A DNA stretch of 64,000 nucleotides, from assembly GCA_022822445.1 (NCBI GenBank), contig JAJEBR010000054.1, forward strand, positions 65,015-129,014, in the 5' to 3' direction. The stretch is from Gemmatimonadota bacterium (GTDB taxonomy: Bacteria > Gemmatimonadota > Gemmatimonadetes > Longimicrobiales > Gaopeijiaceae). Each line of letters starts with the position of its first letter. Position 1 is the stretch's first letter. Below the pieces are notes generated by a model. It searched no databases, was not told where the DNA came from, and saw nothing but the letters and a program-made list of their open reading frames with translations. The translations under genes were made by a program, and so were the position numbers. Positions 17,901 through 26,283 of this stretch are shown here, piece after piece.

Positions 17901-18035
17901 CACGACTCGCAGGTGGCCGCGCGCGCCGGCGACGAACGCACCTACCGCGTGCTCGACGCCCTGATCAACACGCAGCCGGCGGTCCATTACCTGAAGAAGG
18001 TCACGCACCACGATGTGGAGGAGGCGGGGCACTGA
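14979..18035 (+). CDS. actB: Alternative complex III subunit ActB (molybdopterin-oxidoreductase-like domain fused to a 4Fe-4S domain)
   Basis: Tat signal ERREFLKV. N-terminal Cys cluster CGECASGC. C-terminal ferredoxin-type clusters CTGCSACITAC, CQHCNNAPCEPVC, CVGTRYCANNCP. 1018 aa. Confidence 0.9.
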   Translation: MSGGFERREFLKVIGVTGAGAAVTGCRTDEVERLIPYVTPPEEITPGVATWYASTCGECASGCGIRVRTREGRVVMVEGNPDHPVSAGGLCSRGVSALQGLYNADRIATPLRATGDGGFEAVGWDEALDLLASRLGGGGRSLFLTGAKGPTESMLLDGFVEAVGGQRVVYDALDDTALRTAVEIAFGVNVLPRYEIAAARFLVSFGADFLETWLSPVKFAADFAQMHGVENGEKGRFAFVGPRLSLTGQNADEWIPARAGSETAIALAVAGELVRRGGDAGPYNDVVSGYSLEDAAAAAGVEPEALSALADHFAGGDALALGPGLAGSHQAATAANLAVLILNAAAGSLGNTMHIDAAPAGDASSYGDLAGAIAQMGAGSYGVAVVSGANPAYTLPPAAAFGDAFGAVPFKVAFATAMDETAAMADLVLPDAHPLESWGDSRPSPGTYAVRQPAMRPVPLFDSRPMADVLLDTGQRLGHDFGAATFRDYLRGAFDRWLAEDGMRAGLAGDPNRLWRVALRTGSVSHVDLSDKITALQPPVTAVDFDAAGVAGGGAAGDDELTLLVYPSPRFGDGTHANRPWLQELPDPVSKVMWHSWVEMNPATADRLGLRQGDIVSVATPEGSVEVPVWAYPGIREDVVAIAMGGGHTDYGQFANGKGVNPMGLLAGDVDGDSGALSLLAAGVTITATGAWQRLVTNEGSSDQDDRNVAPAIALSALGHAPEEEEHAEDGHGQLRELQEMGGFRPVDTEGRAEDFPLPGSDFGPYDENQPRWAMAMDLDKCTGCSACITACQAENNIPWVHENQAAIGREMHWLRLERYYETVDASHSGPVDIRFLPMLCQHCNNAPCEPVCPVFAAYHTPDGLNAQAYNRCVGTRYCANNCPYKVRVFNWYRYTQDPADGGNIPEPMNWQFNPDVTVRNNGVMEKCTFCVQRIREAQNRAAVEEREVRDGEVHTACQSVCPADVITFGNIRDHDSQVAARAGDERTYRVLDALINTQPAVHYLKKVTHHDVEEAGH

Positions 18036-18080
18036 TGCGGTCCGTGTACGATCTCCGCGTGGCGGCGAGGCGCTGAAGCG

Positions 18081-19444
<1,364 letters not shown>

Positions 19445-19448
<4 letters not shown>

Positions 19449-19990
19449 TGGGAGCCAGACGGCGCCAGGGGCACCGCGGATTCTTCGCGCTCTTCGAGCA
19501 CCTCGACTCGACCATCGACGCGTGCAAGGCGTTGCGGGCGGCGGGCCACAAGCGGTTCCGCGCCTACGCGCCCCTGCCGGAGCACAACCTGCTGGAGGAC
19601 GGATTGGCGCTGAAGCACAGCCCGGTGCGGGTCTTCACCCTGGCCGGCGCCATGACGGGCGCGGCGACCGGCTTCGCCTTCACCACCTGGACCTCGCTCG
19701 ACTGGCCGCTCATAACGGGCGGCAAGCCGCTGATGTCGATCCCCGCGTACGTGGTGATCGCCTTCGAGTGTGCGATCCTCTTCGGCGCGCTGTCGACCGT
19801 GATCGGCCTGTTCATCAACGCGGGCCTGCCCAACTTCCGCCCGATGGTCGCCTACCACCCCGCGTGCTCCGACGGCTGCTTCGGGGTGTACGTCACCGCG
19901 CCGCCGGCGAAGGCCGACGCGGTGAAGGAGTTGCTGGACGGATTCCAACCCGCCGAGTTGCAGGAAGATCCGGAGGGGTTCGATGTGTAG
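19445..19990 (+). CDS. actD: Alternative complex III subunit ActD (DUF3341-like)
   Basis: ATGA overlap with the actC stop. GFFALFEHLDSTIDACKALRAAGH plus two TM segments. Confidence 0.75.
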
Positions 19991-20051
19991 GGGCCGGCGG
20001 AGGATTCGTGGGCCCGAGGGAGGGAGGCGAAGCGCCGCGGCAGTCGACGTG

Positions 20052-20090
20052 CGTAAAGCCGACATGACATTATGTAAACGAAACATTACA
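20052..20090 (+). promoter_or_regulatory. 39-bp bipartite palindromic element, copy C (inside the ACIII operon)
   Basis: CGTAAAGCCGACATGACA-tta-TGTAAACGAAACATTACA. Read as a promoter: ATGACA, 17 nt, TACAAT (20087-20092), with the actE ATG at 20097 and no SD. Confidence 0.6.
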
Positions 20091-20096
20091 ATTCGG

Positions 20097-20786
20097 ATGA
20101 ATGGATGGCGCGGTCCGACGCAGCGGCCTGCGCCGCGCTCACTCGCATTGGCTGCGCTCGTGCTGGCAATGATCACCTCCGGCGCCTGCACGCCGCTCGA
20201 CGACGCCATGGCGACGATCTTCGGGCGGAGCATGCGGGACCAGCGGTCCTTCGATCCCTACGAGAACACGCTGATGCCGCCGGAGGGGTCGGTGCCGCTC
20301 TCGGCCGGGAATTACGCGGCCGGGCACTTCGATGTGAATGTGGGACAGCCGGAGGGGGCCACCGACGTGCCGCCGCCCTTCACGCAGATGGAGATGACCC
20401 AGCGGCCGGAGATCGTGGACAGCCTCACCAATCCGGTGCCCGCGACCCCCGAATCGCTGGCACGCGGCGAGCAGATCTACGAGCGCGTCTGCATCGTCTG
20501 CCACGGACCGGACGGCAACGGGGCGAATGCCTACATCGTCTCCCTGCATCCGGCGCTTGTAGCCCAGAACCTGCGTAGCGAACTCTCGATCGGACGGAGC
20601 GACGGCTACATCTACGGGATCATCCGGGTCGGACGGACGCTGATGCCGGGCTACGGCCACCAGATCGGCCACTACGACCGGTGGCACGTCGTGAACTATG
20701 TGCGCCAGCTGCAGGGGCAGCTCGAGGAACCGGGCCAGGAACCGGGCCAGGAGCCGGAGCCGGGCGCGAACGGGGCGGTGAACTGA
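20097..20786 (+). CDS. actE: Alternative complex III subunit ActE (monohaem cytochrome c lipoprotein)
   Basis: Lipobox LAMITSGAC; single CIVCH haem motif. Start chosen at MNGWRG; the track ORF starts at 19983 and would span the element. Confidence 0.8.
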   Translation: MNGWRGPTQRPAPRSLALAALVLAMITSGACTPLDDAMATIFGRSMRDQRSFDPYENTLMPPEGSVPLSAGNYAAGHFDVNVGQPEGATDVPPPFTQMEMTQRPEIVDSLTNPVPATPESLARGEQIYERVCIVCHGPDGNGANAYIVSLHPALVAQNLRSELSIGRSDGYIYGIIRVGRTLMPGYGHQIGHYDRWHVVNYVRQLQGQLEEPGQEPGQEPEPGANGAVN

Positions 20787-20790
20787 AGCG

Positions 20791-22092
20791 ATGATGCACC
20801 AGCCGATTCCCCGGGAGGTCTCGCTCCGCCACCTTGAGCGGGGCCGCGCCGGTACCATGGCGCTGCGGCTGATGGTGCTGGTGGGTGCGGTCACCTTCTT
20901 CTACACGCTGTTCAACGACGCGGCGCTGGCGTGGAAGTCCTATGTGGTGAACTGGAGCTTCTTCACCTCGATCGCGCTGGGAGGGATCCTGGTCGCGGTG
21001 GTGACCTGGATCGTGAAGGCGAAGTGGAACTGGCCGCTGCGGCGGGTCCACCAGTCGTTCGCGGCCTACCTGCCGATCGCCTTCGTCCTCTTCATCCCGA
21101 TGCTGTTCAGCCTGCGCGAGGACTACTTCCCGTGGATCGAGATGATGGAGTACGATCCGATCGTGCAGAAGAAGGCGGCCTGGCTGAACATCCCGTTCCT
21201 GCTCAGCCGCAACCTGGTGGGGGTGGTGGCGCTCTTCTCGATGGCGCTGGGCTTCGTGTACCTGGCGCTGCGTCCGGACCTGGGGCGGATCGGACAGGCG
21301 CGTACCGCCGCCGAGCGCGACGATCGGGCGGGCGGCTGGTGGCGCGAACGATTCACCCGCGGGTGGACGGGGCAGGAGGCCGAGGAGGAGCGCAGCTATC
21401 AGCTCATGACCAGGATGGCGCCGGCCTACGTGCTGGTCTACGCGGCGGTCATGACGATGCTGGTCTTCGACTGGTCGATGTCGCTGGAGCCGCACTGGTT
21501 CTCGACGCTGTACGGCGGCTGGTATTTCATGGGGGCCTTCTGGGGAGGCTTCGCGGCCACCGCGGTCCTCTCGATGCTGATCAGGCGTCGTGACTCCGTC
21601 TTCCGGGATTATGTGGGCCCGAAGGTGCGGTGGGACCTCGGCAAGCTCGTCTTCGCCTTCGCCGTCTTCTGGACCTACCTGTTCTGGTCTCAGTACATCG
21701 TCATCTGGTACGGCAAGCTGCCCTGGGAGCAGGCCTGGGTCGCCACGCGGCTGGGCGAACCGTGGGGCGGATTCTCGCTGGCCGTGATCGTGCTCTGCTT
21801 CGTGGTGCCGTTCTTCGGGCTCCTCGGCGTGCGGCCCAAGAAGACTCCGGCGCTGCTCGCGACCTTCGCCACGGCGGTGCTCGGCGGGATCTGGCTCTGG
21901 CACTACATGCTCTTCTTCCCGTCGCTGCACCACGAGGGCGATCCCGTGTTCTCGGTCGCGACCCCTCTGATCGGGCTGATGTTCCTGGGGCTGTTCCTGC
22001 TGGCGGTTCGGTGGTTCCTGGCAACCTTCCCGCTCGTGCAGATGTGGCAGCCGCCGGTGGACCCGGAGCCGATGGAGGCCGAGGGGCGGTAG
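20791..22092 (+). CDS. actF: Alternative complex III subunit ActF (ActC paralogue)
   Basis: Polytopic membrane protein, last position of the act cluster. Confidence 0.8.
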   Translation: MMHQPIPREVSLRHLERGRAGTMALRLMVLVGAVTFFYTLFNDAALAWKSYVVNWSFFTSIALGGILVAVVTWIVKAKWNWPLRRVHQSFAAYLPIAFVLFIPMLFSLREDYFPWIEMMEYDPIVQKKAAWLNIPFLLSRNLVGVVALFSMALGFVYLALRPDLGRIGQARTAAERDDRAGGWWRERFTRGWTGQEAEEERSYQLMTRMAPAYVLVYAAVMTMLVFDWSMSLEPHWFSTLYGGWYFMGAFWGGFAATAVLSMLIRRRDSVFRDYVGPKVRWDLGKLVFAFAVFWTYLFWSQYIVIWYGKLPWEQAWVATRLGEPWGGFSLAVIVLCFVVPFFGLLGVRPKKTPALLATFATAVLGGIWLWHYMLFFPSLHHEGDPVFSVATPLIGLMFLGLFLLAVRWFLATFPLVQMWQPPVDPEPMEAEGR

Positions 22093-22147
22093 GGGGCTGA
22101 GGGCGGCCGATGTCGGCGGGCCCAGGCGATCGGCGGGCGCGCGCGGG

Positions 22148-22924
22148 TCAGTCCGAAGAAGCGACTTCGCGGGGGTTGGAAGGATCGTCGGCGGCGGGGT
22201 CGTCGCCGCGCGCGACCCGGTTTCGCATCTCGTAGCCGATGGCGCGCACCAGGCGCGACTCGTGGGCATCCAGGGTGGTGCGGCCGAAGATGGTGCGCAG
22301 CACGCGCAGCACGCTCTCGGGTTTGCGCGCCTTGAAGAAGTCGATGCTCGCGAGGCCGGCTTCGAGCGCGCGGTACATCTCTTCCAGCTCGGCGGCCCGG
22401 GCGGGCCCGAGCGAGCGCTTGCCGGTCGGGAGTTCGGCGGGCGTGCCGGTGCCGGCGAGGAAGAGCTCGTAGGCGACGAGGAGGACGGCCTGGGCGAGGT
22501 TGAGCGACGCGTGCGACGGGCTGGTCGGGATCACGATGACTTCGTGGCAGCGGTCGAGGGCCTCGTTGGAGAGCCCGCGGTCCTCGCGGCCGAAGACGAT
22601 GGCGACCGGGCCGTCGTGGGCGCGGCGCGCGATCCGCGATGCGAGCTCACGCGGGCGGCGGTAGTTGCGCTGGGCGGTGCGGGGCCGGGCGGAGGTGCCG
22701 ACGACGAAGGTGGCCTCCGCGAGAGCCTCCTCCAGCGTCGCGACGACCCGGGTGCGCTCGACGATGTGTTCGGTGCGGTGGGCGACACCGGTGATCCGCC
22801 GCGGGTCGAACTCGGCGGGGTCGACGACCGCGAGCCGTTCCAGCCCCATGTTGGCCATTGCCCGGACCACGCCGCCGATGTTCACGAGGTCCTGGGGCTC
22901 GTGCAGCACGATCGTGATGTTCAA
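22148..22924 (-). CDS. SpoU/TrmH-family RNA 2'-O-methyltransferase (TrmJ-like)
   Basis: IVLHEPQDLVNIGGVVRAMANMG, AIVFGREDRGLSNEAL and IPTSPSHASLNLAQAV motifs. TTG start overlaps the MFS stop (TTGA). Confidence 0.7.
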   Translation of the reverse strand: MNITIVLHEPQDLVNIGGVVRAMANMGLERLAVVDPAEFDPRRITGVAHRTEHIVERTRVVATLEEALAEATFVVGTSARPRTAQRNYRRPRELASRIARRAHDGPVAIVFGREDRGLSNEALDRCHEVIVIPTSPSHASLNLAQAVLLVAYELFLAGTGTPAELPTGKRSLGPARAAELEEMYRALEAGLASIDFFKARKPESVLRVLRTIFGRTTLDAHESRLVRAIGYEMRNRVARGDDPAADDPSNPREVASSD

Positions 22925-24120
22925 CCGCCGGGCTCCCGCGGTGGCCGCAGGCCGGCGCTGATGGCCGCCCCGACGGCGATCAGTGCGGTGCCGGCCAGAT
23001 AGGGCAGGAAGAGGCGCAGGTCGAAGAGGTAACCGGCCATGGCGGGCCCGAGCACCCGCGCGCACGAACCCACGCTTTGTCCCACGCCTAGGACGGCGCC
23101 TTGCTGCTCGGGCTCCACCGAGCGCGAAAGGAGCCCGAGGATGCTCGGTATCGCGCCCCCGTAGCCGACGCCCAGGAGGACCAGCCCGGTGAACATCAGG
23201 GGAGTCTCGGAGGAGAGCCCGATCAGCGCGAGGCCGGCCGCGAAGGGGACCGCGCTGGCCCGCAGGAGCACGAGTTCGCCGGTGCGGGGGACGACGCGCC
23301 GCACGATCCCGCCCTGCACGATCGCCGACACCGCGCCGAGGAGGCCGAAGAGGATGCCGGCCTCACGGGCTCCCGTGCCGAAGCGCGCGGATGCAAGCGG
23401 GGTCAGGGTGGGCTGCAGCGCCGAGAACGCCATGGTGATGCACAGGTAGGTGGCCAGCGTGAGGAGGATCTGGCGGGACCGGGCGACGCGGGCGAGGGCG
23501 GCGCGGAGATCGAACCGGGAGGGGGTGGTGACGCCCGCACGGCGGTCGCGCGACTCGGGGAGCCAGAGGATGGCGGCCACCGCGTTGAGGAGGCAGAGGG
23601 CGGCGGCGGCGTACCCGGGCGCGGTCGGCTCGCCGGGCGAGAGGGGGGCGAGGACGGGGCCGCCCAGGAGGGGGCCGATCACGAAGCCGAGACCGAAGGC
23701 GGCTCCAATCAGGCCCATGTTGCCGGCCCTCCGCTCCGGGGGAGTGACGTCGGCGATGTACGCCTGCGCCACGGGGATGGTGGAGCCGCCGATTCCGCCG
23801 ATGATCCGCGAGAGGAACAGCGCGGCAAGCGAATCGGCCCTCGCGAAGATGAAGTAGGCGACTGCGCTTCCCAGCAGCCCCAGGATCAGGATCGGACGGC
23901 GCCCCACCCGGTCGGAGAGCCGTCCCCACAGCGGAGCCATCACGAGCTGGACCAGGGAGTAGACCGAAATCAGAAAGCCCGTCTCGAGCCCCTGAGCGCC
24001 GAACCCTTCCGCATACAGGGGAAGGATGGGCAGGACGATCCCGAAGCCGATGAGATCGACCAGTACCGTCAGGAAGAGGATCCCGAGGCGGTGGCCTCCT
24101 CCGCCCGTGCCCCCCCGCAT
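22921..24120 (-). CDS. MFS transporter (TetA/drug:H+ antiporter-like)
   Basis: 12 TM segments; motif GRLSDRVGRRPIL between TM2 and TM3. Start chosen at MRGGTGGG. Confidence 0.8.
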   Translation of the reverse strand: MRGGTGGGGHRLGILFLTVLVDLIGFGIVLPILPLYAEGFGAQGLETGFLISVYSLVQLVMAPLWGRLSDRVGRRPILILGLLGSAVAYFIFARADSLAALFLSRIIGGIGGSTIPVAQAYIADVTPPERRAGNMGLIGAAFGLGFVIGPLLGGPVLAPLSPGEPTAPGYAAAALCLLNAVAAILWLPESRDRRAGVTTPSRFDLRAALARVARSRQILLTLATYLCITMAFSALQPTLTPLASARFGTGAREAGILFGLLGAVSAIVQGGIVRRVVPRTGELVLLRASAVPFAAGLALIGLSSETPLMFTGLVLLGVGYGGAIPSILGLLSRSVEPEQQGAVLGVGQSVGSCARVLGPAMAGYLFDLRLFLPYLAGTALIAVGAAISAGLRPPREPGG

Positions 24121-24139
24121 CGTCAGTCCGCCCGCGCGG

Positions 24140-24319
24140 TCAGTTGTGGGGCTCTTCACCCTGGCCGGAGTCGCCCTCCGCACCGGCCTTGATCGAACCC
24201 TTGAAGTTGCGAATGCCGGAGCCGATTCCCCTGGCGATCGCCGGGATCCGCCTGGCCCCGAAGATCAAGACCACGGCGAGGGCTATGAAGAGGATTTCCC
24301 GGAGGCCTAGGGTGGGCAT
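24140..24319 (-). CDS. tatA: Twin-arginine translocase subunit TatA/E (59 aa; below the ORF-track cutoff)
   Basis: Own translation: MPTLGLREILFIALAVVLIFGARRIPAIARGIGSGIRNFKGSIKAGAEGDSGQGEEPHN. AGGAAG SD lies 6 nt upstream of the ATG. Confidence 0.8.
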   Translation of the reverse strand: MPTLGLREILFIALAVVLIFGARRIPAIARGIGSGIRNFKGSIKAGAEGDSGQGEEPHN

Positions 24320-24385
24320 GACGTTTCTTCCTGTCCATTGGCAGCTCGCGGACGGAATCCCTCCGGATTTCCACCGGCGATGCCG

Positions 24386-25549
24386 CTAACCACGGAGGAG
24401 ATCCTTGGCGATCGTCTGCAGCTGCATGTTGTCGGTTCCCTCGTAGATCGTGCCGATCTTGGAGTCGCGGTAGAGCTTTTCGACCGGATACTCCCGGGTG
24501 AAGCCGTATCCGCCGTGCAGGTCGATGCACCGGGAAGATACCCTCTGTGCCATGCGCGACGCGAACAGCTTCGCCATCGCGGCCTCGCGCAGGAAGCGCT
24601 CCCCGTGGTCCTTGAGCCGCGCGGCGTTGTAGACCATGAGCCGTGCCGCCTCGATCTCGGTGGCCATCCGGGCGAGCTGGAACTGCACGGCCTGGAACTC
24701 CGCCACCGGCCGCCCGAACTGCTCCCGCTCCTGCACATACCTGAGCGTATGGTCGAAGGCGCCCTGCGCCAGGCCCACCATCTGCGCGCCAATCCCGATC
24801 CGCCCCTCGTTGAGCGTCTCGATCGCGACCTTGTAGCCCACGCCCAGCTCGCCCAGCACGTTTTCCGCCGGAACCCGCACGTCGTCCAGAATCAGTTCGG
24901 TGGTCGAAGAGGCCCGGATCCCCAGCTTCTCCTCCTTCTTCCCCACCGCGAATCCCGGCATGTCCCTCTCGACGAGAAAGGCCGTGATGCCCTTGTGGCG
25001 CAGCTCCGGCCGCACCGTGCCAAAGATGACGTAGAGGCCCGCCTCGCCCCCGTTGGTGATCCACAACTTGCGGCCGTTGAGTACCCAGTCGTCTCCGTCC
25101 GGGTCCGCGCGCAGCGAGAGCGCGAAGGCGTCGGATCCGCTGCCGGCCTCGGAGAGGGCGTAGGCCCCCACAGTCCCCGCGGCGAGCCTGGGCAGGTAGC
25201 TGGCGCACTGCTCGGGCGTTCCCCAGCGGAGGAGCGCGTTGTTCACCAGTGTGTTCTGGACATCCACCAGCACACCGACGGACGGGTCCACCCGCGAGAG
25301 TTCCTCGACCACGAGGGTGGCGGTGAACAGGTTGCTGCCGAGACCCCCGAAGTGCTCGGGAATCTCGATCCCCATCACGCCCAGCTCGAAGAGCATGGAG
25401 ATCAGATCGGAGTCGATCTCCCCCGCAGCCTCCATCCGCGGGACGCGCGGCGCCACCTCCGATTCCGCGAACTCGCGAACGGCGTCGCGGAACATCGTCT
25501 CGTCCTCGCTCAGCGTGGTGAGCGCCGGAGGATGGGCCAGCGTGGTCAT
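24386..25549 (-). CDS. Acyl-CoA dehydrogenase
   Basis: 387 aa from MTTLAHPP. AYALSEAGSGSDA, WITNGG and C-terminal IYEGTDNMQ motifs. Confidence 0.9.
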   Translation of the reverse strand: MTTLAHPPALTTLSEDETMFRDAVREFAESEVAPRVPRMEAAGEIDSDLISMLFELGVMGIEIPEHFGGLGSNLFTATLVVEELSRVDPSVGVLVDVQNTLVNNALLRWGTPEQCASYLPRLAAGTVGAYALSEAGSGSDAFALSLRADPDGDDWVLNGRKLWITNGGEAGLYVIFGTVRPELRHKGITAFLVERDMPGFAVGKKEEKLGIRASSTTELILDDVRVPAENVLGELGVGYKVAIETLNEGRIGIGAQMVGLAQGAFDHTLRYVQEREQFGRPVAEFQAVQFQLARMATEIEAARLMVYNAARLKDHGERFLREAAMAKLFASRMAQRVSSRCIDLHGGYGFTREYPVEKLYRDSKIGTIYEGTDNMQLQTIAKDLLRG

Positions 25550-25735
25550 TCCTTCTGCGGATCCTGCCGTTGGCGTGGTGGCAAAGGGGCGGCTTCCCGT
25601 GGAATAGTAATCTAACCGGCCCCCCGATGTTCCGCCCTGAGCATTCAGTGACGAGACCGGGCGTTGCGGCCGGCGGTCGGCCCGTCGATCCGCGCGGGCA
25701 CCGCAAGCGGCCAGGCGCCGCGTGCCCGCCGATGC

Positions 25736-25820
25736 CCGGGTGCCCACACCCCGGTGCCAATGCCCCGGTGCCAATGCCCGGCGCCGATGCCCCGGTGCTT
25801 GACGCCCTGGTGCTTGACGC
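25736..25820. repeat. Six tandem 13-15-nt units in the ACAD/gcvH divergent intergenic region
   Basis: ccgggtgcccacac / cccggtgccaatgc / cccggtgccaatgc / ccggcgccgatgc / cccggtgcttgacgc / cctggtgcttgacgc. Confidence 0.8.
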
Positions 25821-25842
25821 CCTCGCCGGGTCCGGCTTTTAT
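25814..25842 (+). promoter_or_regulatory. Possible gcvH promoter
   Basis: TTGACG (25814-25819, part of the last repeat unit), 17 nt, TTTTAT (25837-25842). The -10 is weak. Confidence 0.25.
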
Positions 25843-25889
25843 TGTCTCGCTCCCATTTCCACGCACACCGAAACCGACCGGAGACGGCA

Positions 25890-26279
25890 ATGTCGCAAGT
25901 CCCTGAAGGACTCAGGTACACGAGCGAACACGAATACCTCAAGGAGGCGGACCAACCCGATGTCTTTTTCGTCGGGATCACGGACTACGCCCAGGGCGAA
26001 CTGGGCGATGTGGTGTACGTGGAGTTGCCCGAACCCGGGGACACCTTCGCGCCGATGGACCCCTTCGGCACGATCGAGGCCGTCAAGGCGGTGAGCGACC
26101 TCTACTGCCCCGTGGCGGGAGAAATCGTGGCCGTGAACGAGGCCCTCGACGACGATCCCGCGCTCGTCAACACCGATCCGTACGGGGAAGGCTGGATGGT
26201 CAAGCTGCGCGTCGACGATGCGTCGGAGCTGGAGATGCTGATGGACGACGCCGCATACACAGTACTCATCGGCGACTAG
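25890..26279 (+). CDS. gcvH: Glycine cleavage system H protein
   Basis: Lipoyl-lysine motif [11 protein letters not shown]; 129 aa; immediately upstream of gcvP. Confidence 0.9.
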   Translation: MSQVPEGLRYTSEHEYLKEADQPDVFFVGITDYAQGELGDVVYVELPEPGDTFAPMDPFGTIEAVKAVSDLYCPVAGEIVAVNEALDDDPALVNTDPYGEGWMVKLRVDDASELEMLMDDAAYTVLIGD

Positions 26280-26283
26280 TGTC

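Noticed and set aside
25850-25889. Possible glycine riboswitch upstream of gcvH, suggested by the CACCGAA...GGAGACGGCAA resemblance.
   Set aside because: Only a short partial resemblance to the conserved core is present, and I could not assemble the P1-P3 aptamer architecture. The predicted leader of about 40 nt is far too short for one aptamer, let alone the usual tandem. An Rfam scan would settle it.
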